From Amphiscolops sp. MND2022 (Eukaryota), in the NCBI GenBank assembly GCA_964187785.1, contig OZ076409.1, forward strand, positions 42,844,001-42,908,000: DNA of 64,000 bases, written 5' to 3'. The position numbers were made by a program, and so were the translations under genes. Shown here piece after piece: positions 49,100 to 62,300 of the stretch. The notes beneath the pieces were generated by a model. It searched no databases. It saw nothing but the letters and a program-made list of their open reading frames with translations, and was not told where the DNA came from. Position 1 is the stretch's first letter. The number at the start of each line of letters is the position of its first letter.

Positions 49100-52000
49100 T
49101 CTGAGGTAGCTTTTTGAGGTTTAATTATCTTGGAGCGGCCTCTAACCAAAATGGTCAATGGTCAAGGGTAAAAACAAAAAAAGTAAACAAAAGAAAGGAA
49201 GTACTAGTCTTGAATGTGAAAATTGGACCTGTATTGGTTGCAACAAAGCATTCACAGACCCTGATGATCAAGTTATTGTGACCGGTGCAGGGACCACTTT
49301 TGCATCAATTGTCTAAACATGCCTCAACAAGTTTACGAATTGATAAAAGAGCCCTCTGCCCTCTGGTGCTGCAGTAAATACAGCATAGCAGTGAAAACCT
49401 TGATTAAAAATGAAAAGAATGATAAACCGCGGAGTGAAGAGACGGACCAGATACGGAAGGATCTTGATACAACCATCAACTGCGTCAAAACCCTGATGAA
49501 AGATTTCCACTGCTTTGTAAACGGTCCTAATCGAACGCAGAAAGCGAACGAATGGGCTAAAACTTAAGACATACCCGTCAAACCATTGAAAGACATAATC
49601 CTGGAGGCAAACGCAGAGCAAGTAAGGGAGAAGAAAGAAGAGGAGAGACGAAAGAAAAACTTCATCATACACAGATCAGCAGAGCAATTCACTGGAAGTG
49701 AGGAAGACCGCAAAGAAGGAGCCAAAAAGTTTGTTCGAAGTTTCCTAGAGGAGTTGGAGCTTAGCTATTATGTTGTTGAGAAGACAACTCGTCTCGGTAA
49801 AAAGACGGACACTTCGCAAGAAAGAGACACACCGTTGACTGAACATCACCGACCGCTAATGGTTACATTTAACAATAGCAGCGACGTGGAAACTGTTATG
49901 AAAAACTTGCGAAAGTTGAAGAATGCACCAGATGAATTACGGAATCTTAGAATCAGTCCGGATCGTTCAATGAAAGAGAGAGAAGAAGTCAGAATTTTGA
50001 TCCAGCGGGTAAAAAACCTAACCGAACAAGAGACTGGAGATTTCATGCACATCGTCCGAGGAACAGTCATAATAAAAGTCAAAAAGAGAACGCAATGAAA
50101 CAAGGAAAAGAGATGAAACTCAACATTATGTTCACCAACGCCGAGACCTTAACAAAAGACAAAATGCTGGAGCTCCTACAAACAATCTATAATCGAAGCA
50201 CTTTACCGCATGTTATTGTTATCTCTGAGGCTATACCAAAACACTCGAAAACAGATTCAATCCTGTAACAGTCCAGATCCCATCGTACAACATGGAACCC
50301 CTAAACATGAAACTCACAGACAAAGGGAGAGGAATGTTACTCTTTTTGAGAGATGATCTTGACTACCGCCCCATTGACACAAGCAGCAAAATTGACGAGT
50401 TACTCTATGTCTTATTCAAACTACAAATAGAAACATTGTTCCTGGCATCTGTTTACCGTAGTCCAAACTCCTCTACCGAAAATAATATCATGATCAACGA
50501 TTTTATCAGGCAAGAATCACAGAGAAGCAATTTCCTGATGATCGGGGATCTCAATCTTCCAAAAATAGATTGGGAATCCAACACCTCTAACACAGTAGTA
50601 GGAAGCAAGGAGAACAACTTTCTTGATGCTTTAGCTGATTCTTACCTGACACAGCACACCAACAGACCAACACGTATCCGGGGCGACGATAAACCATCAC
50701 TAGTTGATTTAGTCATCTCAGACTAATCAACACCTGTGGAAGAGATTGAACACTTACCGCCACTCGTTGATAGTGATCATGCACTACTGCAAGTGAAAGT
50801 CTCGTTCGAGGTAGTCTCTTATGTGAAGAAACGTCTCGACTTCAGAATAGCAAACTTCGACGCGATGAGATCATTCTTGAGAGGAGCATCCATCCCGGTT
50901 GAGCTAGATGTCAATGAGAAATGGCTTTTCCTAAAAAGCAAAATCACTGAAGCTGTCAAAAAATTCATCCTGGAATTGAGCATTAAGTCGAACAAAAATA
51001 GACGATATACCGCTAACAGGGACATCCTGGAGCTAGTGAGAAAGAAAAAACGACTCTGTGAGAATTTTGTTAGTAGCAAATCCCCCGACGATCACAAAAA
51101 GTACAAAGCAAGCAGGAATTTGTTGAGGAAAGAAACCAGAAATCTTGCCCAAGAAATGGAACAGGAAATAACAAATAACCTAAAGTCCAATCCCAAAAAA
51201 TTTTGGAGTTATGTTAGCCAAAAAACAAACGAAGAGAGACGATTCCAGCAATCAGACGAGAAGATGGAAGCTTCACACAAACGGATTTGGAGAAAGCAGA
51301 AGAATTCTCGTTGTTTTTCAAATCCGTTTTTGTAAATGAAGGACCCGGACTCTGGCAAATAAACACCACGCACAAATGTATGAAAGATAACATAACTTTC
51401 ACTGAAAAAGAGGTGCTTGAAGAAATTAATGCCCTTAATACAGCAAAATCTGCTGGAGTGGACAACATCTCCCCAGGGATACTGAAAGAAGTATGAAATA
51501 GCGCCGCTCCTATCTCAAACCATGACGGAATCCTGGAATACTGCAATACTACCCGATGACTGGTTGCGGGCCAACCTAGTGGCGATTTTCAAATCAGAGA
51601 ATAAATCAGAGGCAACCAACTATCGTCCAGTGAGCCTGACCTCAATCCCCTGCAAACTAATGGAAAGAATTATCAGAAAAAGAATATTGACATTTCTTAC
51701 AGATAATGACATCTTGAGTGATAAACAATGGGGCTTCTTGTCAAAAAGATCACGAAAACATCTGAAAATATTTGATCAGTGGACTTTGGCATTGGACAAT
51801 AAGGTTGAAGTAGATGTAGTGTACCTCGATTTTCGGAAAGCGTTTGACAGCGTCCCACACAGAAGACTCATAGCTATTCTGGAATAAAATGGGGTTAATG
51901 GAAACACTCTGAACTGGATAAAAGCGTTCCTCTCCGGGAGACAACAGAGGGTAGTAGTCAATGGCACATTCTCAACCTGGCAGAATGTTGCAAGCGGGAT

Positions 52001-52945
52001 ACCTCAAGGATCAGTATTAGGTCCAGTGCTGTTCACGATCTACATAAATTCTATGCCGGAACCTGTGGCGTCAGAACTTTACCTGTTTGCCGATGACGCG
52101 AAGCTCTACAGGGAAATACACTCAGACGCAGATCAGAAAATACTCCAAGATGACCTCCGAAAGCTGGGAAGCTGGTCGAGTAGCAGTTTACTTCAATTCA
52201 ATGAGAAAAAATGCGTGAAAATGACCCTCACAACAAAGAAAGACTCCCTGAGAGACATTACTTTATGAACACAAGAAAGATGTCGGAAAATGTTAGGTGT
52301 GAAAAAGACTTGGGTGTACTAACTGATCACAAACTAAATTTTGACTTGCATATTGCTGAAAAAATAAAGAAGACGAATTCAATGCTTGCTATTATCAAAA
52401 AATGTTTCATGAAATTGAACTGCCAGTCACTGAGTGTACTAATTAAGACGCTTGTCAGGCCCCACTTGGAATATTGTAACCAAACATGGCATCCACATTT
52501 CCAAAAACACATAAGTAACCTCGAAAATGCCCGGAGACGAGCGACAAGACTCATCCCTTCTCTCGCATCTCTCCCTTATGAACAAAGGATAATGAAACTA
52601 GACCTACCCACCCTGGACTTCAGGAGGAAACGGGGTAGGATGATTGAAGTTTACAATGGAGTGTATGATAAGAGAGTCACTGGAGGGATGCTGATGGAAA
52701 ATGACAGAATCACAAAAGGAAAGAAATTTTTTCACTGTAAGAGCAGCCAATGACTGGAATAGCCTGCCAGATGATGTCACGTCGGCAGGAACCCTTGACG
52801 TTTTTGAAGCGAAATTGGACTACACCTGGAGAAATTTGAAATACGAAATGACGATGGAAGGGGAACCCAAACAGCAATGAGCCAATCACCAAAGGCTTCG
52901 GCCTTAGATTGTGAAACATCTATTCTATTATATATACTTATATAT
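49100..52945 (+). mobile_element. CR1-like LINE (PHD ORF1, EN-RT ORF2), decayed
   Basis: CIGC..DRC..HFCINC..WCC; RPLMVTF; ATGA stop/start overlap at 50095-50098; VYRSP, GDLNLP, SDH, NYRPVSLT, DFRKAFD, FADD. Confidence 0.9.
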
Positions 52946-53054
52946 ATACAGCATAATTGACAACATCCCCTTTTCGACTTTCTCTCTAAGCTTTTTTCAA
53001 CAAGAGCTCGAACATTTGCTATCTTTCTTGAACTCTGAGATTTACTACGTTTCA

Positions 53055-56000
53055 TACAAAAACTGTCTTTGATAGCCTCTTCAACTTATATGAATGAGAT
53101 CCTGATTTTGTCTACTCTGTATGCAAAAGTAGTCTACATTTTTGTTAGGGGGCCCTCTAGCTTACAAATTGAAACATAAAAAATCAAAGCCTAAACATAA
53201 AAACAACTTAAAAGAACAAAATGTTGAGAACGAATGGATTTTTCATTTGAACATAAGGTCTATTGACTACAATTTCGAAGAACTAGAAACGCATATAGAT
53301 ACCATATATAGATGAAAACAAACCGTCTATTATTTGCTTGTCCGAAACATGGATGACTGAATTCTCAGACAAAAATGCCTACGCACTAGAATCCTATGCA
53401 CCTATGGAATTTGAACCTGGTTCAACAAGAAATGAAGGTGTTGCAATATATGTCCATGAATCGCTGGCATTTGAACTTTTGGAGCTTAACATACAGAAAG
53501 ATTCTATTCCTGATCTAAACTATACTGGAGTCAATTGTACCGCTAGGAATAAGGAAAAAATTTACCGTTGTATGCTTATACAATTCGCCTTCCGTAAATA
53601 AACAGGATTTCTTGGATCAGTTTGAGTTACTTCTTGAGTCTCTTAGTCAAATTAAGAACTACTATCTAATAGGCGATATTAATATTGACCTCTTGGAATG
53701 CAACCCTGTTGCAGATAGGTATCTGAAATTGTTGGAAATTCATGGTTGCGCCCAAGGAATCGAAGAACCAACCCGTGTAACGCTTGACTCAGAATCGTTA
53801 ATCGATCATATAATCCATAATGACTACCAAAGACCTCTGGAATTTGGAGTTATCAAGACGTATATTACAGACCATTTTGCAACCTACGTTGATTTGAATA
53901 TAAGTAAATCTAAATCCATTCGTTCTCAACATTTTATTAAGGATAGACCGTTTCTCCGGGACGGTAATGCAACAAATCTCTATCTAAATTACTTAAACCA
54001 TTGCCTGGACTTGTAGACTTAGGGCAGGTCATCAATGCATCTACTGAATCGTTTGCCAATGCAATATCGGAAGCAGTTAATGCTTTCACAGGAGAAAAAC
54101 AATCAGAACACCAAGATGCCGTAAGACCTTGGTTCACAAAGGAAGTAAAAAAGGCCTTTATTCGAAGAAGTTGTAGTTTCCACAGATACAAGCGCTGTAA
54201 AACCTATCAGAACAAGCTACGCTACACAAGAGCTAGAAATAATGTGCACCAGCTGTTTCGTAAAAGCAAGCGCGAATACTACGATTCACGTCTGAATGGG
54301 CTTATCAATAATCCTAAATGTTTCTACAAAGAACTAAACAAAATCACTGGTAAAGCAACAAAAAATTCCAACTTTGTTATCAAGAATGATAAAAATGAAT
54401 TGATTACGGATGATATTGATGTGGCCGAATCGTTCAATGAAAAATTTGTTTCCATCAGTAAAACCTTAGCTGCTTCAATTGATAATGTCCCATTCACGAC
54501 TCATGGTATAAAAACTAATGAAAAATCACTATTTTTTTATCCAGCTGATGGCACTGAGTTTTCGAGGATTATAAAAAATCTTAAGAACCATAAATCACCT
54601 GGTCTAGATGGACTGACTGCAGAAATACTAAAAGTGAGTCACGATGTAAAAGTTGAAAAATTAACTCATCTCGTGATCGAATCGCTAAAAAGTGGAACAT
54701 TTCCTCAGGTTTTGAAAGCTGCGAGAGTGGTACCGATATACAAATCCGGCAAAAATCTATACGTAAAAATTACAGACCCATATCTGTTTTATCAGTATTG
54801 AGCAAAATATTTGAACGTGTTGTGCATGAACGATTATATAATTTCATGGATAAAAATAAGCTATTATACCCAAGACAATTTGGATTCAGGTCAAAACTGA
54901 GCCCCATCCACGCTCTTTCCGATATTACAGAAATGATTAGGGATAATTCTAACGTCGATATTTCTTGTATTTTGCTTGATTTACAAAAAGCCTTCGATAC
55001 AATAAACCATGAAATTCTCTTGTATAAACTCGAAGCATACGGTGTCAGAGGGGTTTGCTTGGATTGGTTCACATCATATCTAAGTAAACGAAGTCAATGT
55101 GTTTCAATTAACGGTAAAGTCTCAAAACCATTACTTATTGACTGCGGCGTTCCTCAAGGATCTATTCTTGGCCCACTGCTCTTTATAATTTATCTCAAGT
55201 TCAATCTCAATCTTTGTTTTTTGATTTCAATCTTGAAAATTTGCTAAGATTGAAAACACTGGTATTGAAAAATACTGAAATAACATGTACTGAATACGTT
55301 AAATATCTGGGTATCTTACTTGATAAAAATTTAACTTATGGTTTCCACGTCAAACGAGTACTGAATAAGTTAGCTAAACATGTATCCATTATTAACCGTC
55401 TAAGGCATTTCACCAGTAGTTCGGAGGTGATACGATATTATAAAACATACATGAAACCAATTATCCATTAATACGGACTCTTGATATTTGGGTGCACGAG
55501 GAAGAGTGTACTGAATGTTATATTTCTTGTTCAGAAAAAAATCCTCCGTATTACATATTTTAAAAGGTAAATGGTCACTTGGCTTAATGCCATTTGGCTT
55601 AAAGTCACTTGGCTTAATACAATTGGTCACTTGGCTTAATTTTTTTAAGCTAAGTGTCTCGGGTATTGGTCTCTTGGCTTAAAAAGTCATTTGACTTAAA
55701 ACCACTCAGTTGAAAACACGTGGCAGATTTTGTCGAATTTATCTTTATAACGTAGTCAGCGTATTATAACATGTCATATCAAGTACCCCTCGGGTATGTC
55801 CCCATTTCCTCTAGTGCCCTGCGGCCCCTTGGGGCCGCTTATATTTCCATCTTGCTCAGCGAGGTCGAACAGGAGCAAAGACCTAGCGGGAACGAAGATC
55901 GCGAAGCGATCGTAGTGGGAGCTGGTCTTTGCGACGGTGAGGGCGAGCGTGCATACACCGCAATATGACCGCATATGATGCATAAGGTGACCGCATATGC

Positions 56001-56690
56001 CCCACATTATGATATTTCCGGGAGTTGACATATTTATTCCTTGAGTTGGAATGGAGTTGGCTTAATTTTGTGGTCACTTGGCTTAAATTTTTTAAGCCAA
56101 ATGACTCGACGAAAAAATTAAGCCAAATGGTATTAAGCCAAGTGACTGGTAACCTTTTAAAAATAGACAATATCCATCGAATGAATTGTTCAAAGGAAGC
56201 GAAATTATGAATGTTTTTGATCTATACGTATTTGAACTATTAAAATTCGCCGTGCGTTCTAGTAGAGAAAGTCAACTGCATAATATCAAGAGCGTATTTA
56301 TCCACAAAAATTCACTCGTTTTTACTCGGAGTGTTTCTTCCAATATGTTTTATGTACCTGAAGCACGAACGCAAGTTAGCCGACAATCACTAAAATATCG
56401 TGGAACTGTCTTACTGAATCATCTAAAAACGAAGCTATTACCTCGCAATTATGAATCTATCGGTGAAAATGAGACTAAAAGATTGATATTAAAAATTAAA
56501 AACAATAAGTAGCGAACGTCTGGCAGACATAGTTTTCTGTTGATGCCCTTGTGTTTGGAGGGTCCTCCCCCGTTTAGGAATAATAACCTTTGGAGGGTCC
56601 CCTCTGGTGCTATATTTTAATTAAACTGACTGCATTGTACTTAACTTCTGTACTGGTACTATTGTTCAATTTTTTAAACATAGCATCAGA
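53055..56690 (+). mobile_element. L2/Crack-like LINE (ORF1 tail + ORF2), decayed; related to the 11120 element
   Basis: [34 protein letters not shown]; shared inter-ORF TTTGTTAGGGG; 3' UTR similar to 17130-17220. Confidence 0.9.
55566..56154. mobile_element. Intact copy of the 8-bp-TSD MITE family
   Basis: TIRs GGTAAATGGTCACTTGGCTTAAT / ATTAAGCCAAGTGACTGGTAACC; TTTTAAAA at 55558-55565 and 56155-56162. Confidence 0.92.
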
Positions 56691-56771
56691 GAAAATTTAA
56701 TTCTTTCTTCTTCTACGCAGTTATTGTTTTTCTGTTTGATTCTGTTTGAACGAGGAGTTATTTCAGGTAGA

Positions 56772-57664
56772 ATGGAGAATTTGTCTGAACTTGTCGAGTT
56801 GCATGCAAATCAGTTCTCAAAAATGGGAATGCCTAGCAGCTTATGGCGTAAGGCAATTGAAAATATTGTTCAAGAAGTTTACCTCAGTACGAGCAATTTC
56901 ACTGTAGGACTGATTAAGTCAGATGATGATGACGAAGATCAACCATTGACTTATCGCATTTACGCGTCACAGGTAGAGATATGAGTTTTCTTTCAAACCT
57001 TGGATAACCCAGAAAATCATTACTTGATGTTTAGTTCAGGATATTGATGCACTTGACAACGTTTTCTTGATCGATAACTGGTTCACTTTTCCTCTAAGAC
57101 GACTTGGATCCTTCTTGGAAGATGACATTAATCTGCTGGAAAAGATAGAACAACTGCTGGGATTGCTGCCACTGACAAATCAAAGCAGTTGTGCAAATGG
57201 CCATGGCTCTGATATTGATGACAAATTGCCGTCGGATAGAATTGACAAGGTTCGCTTTCGTGAGTAAAAACTAGGAATTTTAAATGAAAATATTGGGAGT
57301 CTTATTTGTCGAGTTTGGAATTTCAATTCCGTTTCCCGAAAGGAAAAACTCAAACCCTAGTTTTTTGACATTAAAGCTTATTTCCGAATTTCAAGAGTCA
57401 TGTAGTGCACAGGTTCCAGTATTTACAATGTAGTACCGCTCTAACGAAGGGTCTCTTGTAATATATGGGAGCCTCGGGTATTAAGTGCTCTAGTCTTTTG
57501 TAGTCACATTCATTATTAGAGAAATGCTTGTTTACAGGTCTATAAGCATATGTGGAAATTTATTGGAAGCTACTCGTTGAATGAAAACGAAGCTGTAGTG
57601 GATCCTTCAGTTGACAACAAAGATGAACTTTTGGAGCCAGTTTGGTACTTCATGGACCATTACG
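56772..57664 (+). CDS. TTLL12: Tubulin-tyrosine ligase-like 12 homolog, first three coding exons (56772-56972, 57040-57249, 57538-57664)
   Basis: LHANQF..MGMP..LW; FLIDNWFT; MWKF..SY; PVWYFMDHYG match recalled TTLL12 motifs (FLIDHAWT, MWKF, PVWYIMDEFG); GT-AG introns in phase. Confidence 0.85.
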
Positions 57665-57699
57665 GTAAGTGAACTCTTAGGCTTCTCATCTACAAACTC

Positions 57700-59378
57700 A
57701 ACAGCTCTTGGGAACAGCAGATCTTCTAAGTTCTCCGAAGACCCCTATTGAGTCAAAACTATTATCAAATAAGGTTACTGGTTTTTGCATCATGCAAAGG
57801 ACCAGCTACTTTCAAAAGTTAGACAAAATTTTGAATGGTCCACAGTTTGAAGCAATCAATGTTGATTCTGATTTTACCATCAAGCAAGAGACCAAGTTCT
57901 GCAAACAGTTGTCCGACATGATGAAACGAGGTGACATTTCCAAGGAGTTCTACCAGAAGGTACGACCAGTCGGATCGCAGCCTGCAAGACTTTACGGTTT
58001 CGCGAAAGTCCATGAAAAAGAATCCCTTCTTCGCCCTATCCTGTCCATGCCTGGCTCACAATATGAAAAGCTTTCGAAAGAAGTGGCTGAGATCATCAAG
58101 AAGCTTCCTTAAGCCGGTATAAGGACGGATAGAAGAAAAGTGCTACAAACCATCCAATCTACAAAATTGGAAGAGGATGAAATGGTGGTCAGTCTTGACA
58201 TTGAAGGACTCTTCACCAACTTACCTTTAGATGAAGCCATTGAACTCACAGTAAGCTTGCTATATCAAGACGATGACCGTGCACCTAATTTCAGCAGACC
58301 AACCTTTCGAACGCTTTTACAGATGGTAGCAAAGGACGTTGTGCTCCTCACTCACCGAGGTACTTTCCAGCAGGTACACGGTGTGGCAATGGGGAGCCCA
58401 GTTGGGCCATTACTGGCGAATATTTTTGTCTCCCGGTTTGATGCTGAATTGGGATCCTTCAGCAAATTCTACTTCCGCTATGTGGATGATGTGATACGGA
58501 CATTACGGGTCGGAGGGAGACAGTACCTCCTTGACTTTGTTAACTCGATGCATCCAAACCTAAAATTCACTATCGAGGAACCCGATGAAACAAATTGGCT
58601 AGCGTTCCTTGATATGAAAGTCCGTCGACTTGCTGATGGAACGTTATCGTCTGAGTGGTACAGAAAAAATACCGACACTGGTATCCTGCTTAATTTTCAC
58701 GCCCTTGCGCCGAAGATTTACAAACAAGCATTGGTCTCTGGTTTTATACATAGAATCTTCAGCACCACGAGCTCTTGGTTATAATTCAACAAATCGTTGG
58801 AAGCCCAAGTTGTTCTACGAAATAACCAGTATCCAAGGTCGTTCGTTAAAAATGTCACAAACTACACCCTTAGTAAACTCCTATGTAACACATATGTCAC
58901 TGCAAATAACAAAGAGAACCAAAAAAAACAGGGGGTACAGCTAATGATGCCGGTTGAATACGGAGGAAACGTGAGTGAAGATTTCATGCGCAAACTGAAG
59001 AAACTGCTCATCATTTTACTATTGCACAGCAAAATTGCGGCACCAAGTATGTCAATTGGAAGCGCCTATTCCATATGTTTATAAGAGTAAGTGGTCTATG
59101 AAATAACGTGTCCAGCTTTCTCCGGTGCCTACATTGGACAAACAGTCCGACACCTTGCCACAAGATTCAAAGAACATGGGATGAAAAGCGCTCCAGTCTT
59201 CAAACATTTTCAGGCATGCAAGGAGGTACTAACCCCTGATCACGCCCGAATTCTTGACACAGTGTCTGACAAAAGACAGAACCCCTCTTTTAACACCAAA
59301 AAGGAATTCAAGACTCACCGCCTACAACCCCCGGTGTTCCAGCCACATCATCCACGCTCAGCACCAGATCCACGACGC
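57700..59378 (+). mobile_element. Penelope-like element (RT + GIY-YIG), decayed, in the TTLL12 intron
   Basis: PARLYGFAKVH, LRPI, SLDIEGLFT, GVAMGSP, RYVDD, FLD, VYEITC...YIGQT.RHL..RFKEH. Confidence 0.92.
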
Positions 59379-62300
59379 TGTAATAACTGAAGCAAACAAG
59401 GCAAGGCAGAAACTGGAAGCTATAGAAATCAACGAAGGTTTTGGTGACTTTCTCCAATTGGGCGAATTTTGATGGTACATTTGTATTCAATTTCATGATG
59501 ACTTCCAAATGCCAGTACGAATACACTTGGTGAGTCTGATTCAATTCTGAAGCAGTAAAGTGATATAGTGCAGTTTTTCGAATTTCATGAGTGTTTCAAC
59601 TGTGAATCTCTGTAAAATTTTTCAACTTCACAATCGCAAGTTTCCTTTTTTCACTGCAAACAGTAATTGTTGCAAAAACTCCGTAAATTTGACTTCAAAG
59701 TTTCCTTGTTTTGCTTTGAAAGTTTCAAATTCGTTGTTCAGTTTTGGAAGTTCAAACTACGCGTCAGTGTTCGAGTGCGTTTTACACACTTTGATCGGCA
59801 ATTTTTCACTTTTTTGTTCACTACAATCTTGGTTTGTTTTATTCATCACTTCCTAATTTACACTTAACTCATAATATCATGGCTGCCTTACCTCAACTCT
59901 CGCTTACACCGTACTCGGGTTTAGAAAAAGAAAATTTTCGTGAATTGGAACATTTGGTACGAAGTATCTCAGCAGTAGCTGCGGTACCGCAAGCGCAACT
60001 AGCCAACGTTTTACAACTTCATCTAAGAGACGCTGCGCTCCGCTATTTTCAAACACTACCAGTAGCAACACGTGCTGACTTAGATATTTCTTTGACCGCT
60101 CTCCGTGATCATTTTTGTAATCCGAGACTTCAGGAATTGCATGTTCTTAAATTGGAAATTCTAAAATTCCATCCGAAAACAGACAATCCCGAGAATTTTC
60201 TAGTCACGTTACAAGCGAAGGCACTTAAAGCTTATCCCGATCCAAATCCACCTGCAGTAGCACCAATTGACGGTGCCGCACCGGACGCAGCCGTAGAACA
60301 AACACGATATGATTCTGAAACTGCCAGAAGAGCCGAAATATTTCATTCAGCGCAACAAGCGCGCCCGCTCAAATTCGGAGACAATTTATAAAAAATATGC
60401 CGAGATGGCTCCGAGCGAAACTTTTGGAACAACCTGAAAATACAACGGTTGAAGATTTGTGTATATTCTCTCGAGAACAACTTTCGATCTATAACCTTTG
60501 TAAGGTTGAAGATTCGGTTATGGATGCTTTTAGTGAAGTGCGATCTTCAGTATCTGATACTTTAGTTACAGCTCTCACTAATTGAGCCATAGTCAAGAAA
60601 CTATGGTCAATAGACAGAACGAAATGTCCAAAGAAATTAGAAGAACAAGCTACGAATTTTAACACTAAGTTACAAAATCAGCAAAACAAAATTCTCGACG
60701 CGGCTCTCAAAACTATCGTTGTCAAGGCTATCGCGGAAATCGAGGAAATTACCGTGGTCGCTATCGCGGCAATACCGCGGAAACTGAGGTCGTGGTTACA
60801 ACAGAAATTACAATCAGTCAAATCAAATTTAGCAAAATTCAAGTTTTAATCAAAAATCAAATAGTCAGCAATAATGGTCAAATCCGAATCAGGAAAACTT
60901 TCAATAAGGAAATTCTAATCAAGGTTCATCGCAAACTACATTTGAACTTTTTACTCCGGATCCGCATTACATGCCTTATACGCAGCAATCAACACGTACT
61001 TGCTATAATTGCGGATATCCAAATCATCTAGGAAAGGATTGTACCGCGCAAGGTAACCCACCACAAAGAGGATCCCAAATGCCATTCATTAAAAAAAACT
61101 AGAAACGCAGCACAAGATCCCACAGCCTACCTTACACATGAAAACCAGTCTGTAGCAAGCCAAACACATGTAATATAAAATTGAATGAGCCAGATATCTG
61201 CCCTGTTTTGCCTCTTGAAGGCGACAATCTCTCTTAGAAATGATTAGATTGAAGTTTTCTCCGCAAATTGCCGGAAAGCCCTCATTGATACTGGCGCCTG
61301 CGCTAATGCATTGCCACAAAATTTGTACGATGAATTACGATCGAATCATCCCGAATTTATTAGAAATGAAACTCCAAATTTTACGTCTGTCAGCATGGCT
61401 TCAGGACAACAAATTTCAGTTGACAATCAGGTGAATCTCACATTCTGTATCGGAATTCATTCATTTACGGACAGTTTTCTTGCGCTTCCACAATTGAATA
61501 GTGTAGTTTTGGAGAACTCCTTCTTAAAAAAACAACATATTCAAATCGACCAGAAAAACAACCTAATGAAACTGCCTTACTTTACTGTTCCACTCAGTGA
61601 AATGAAACCGGACGCTGGCAAAAAATCAATTTTAAAAAAATGAAAAATATCCTTATACTTTTAAGCAAAAAAGTAAATATTGGACCGTAGCATCAAGTCG
61701 TCCTTGAATGCTATTTGGATGAATATACAGTTAGCTAATTGTACAGGATTTGTAATTCCGAACAAGAATTTGGCGGAAAATGCCAATATTGCATTAAGTT
61801 CGTCGCTGAGCAAGATGGATAATGTCAATAAAATCTACATATCAGCGATCAATTTGTTCGATTCCCAGATTACGATGAATAACAAAAAGCAAATTGCACT
61901 TTTTGAAATTTTGCGCGAGTCACAGGCCGCTTATCTCCTCGAAATTGATCAACAATTATTGGCACCAGCAAAAATGAGAAAACCTGACGATTTTGAAAAT
62001 GAACCCAATCAGCTAATTCAAGATATACACTTTCAAAAATTTGACACTGACAATGGTCGATCGCCACCAGATAGCTCACAACTTTTCCAACTCCCGAAAC
62101 ATGTACTGATCTTTTAATATTGTCGCCGCTGCAACGTGAAATTTACGACCAAATTTTGCAACTTCAGCGTTGTGAAAAAATCCAAAACTATATCACAGGA
62201 TAGTTAAGAATTTTTGAAAAAAATGTGCCTAGAATTTATGTATTTTGAGCGCTGATGAAAAGTCAACATTGGAGGACTTCCTTGTTGAATATCCTGACGT

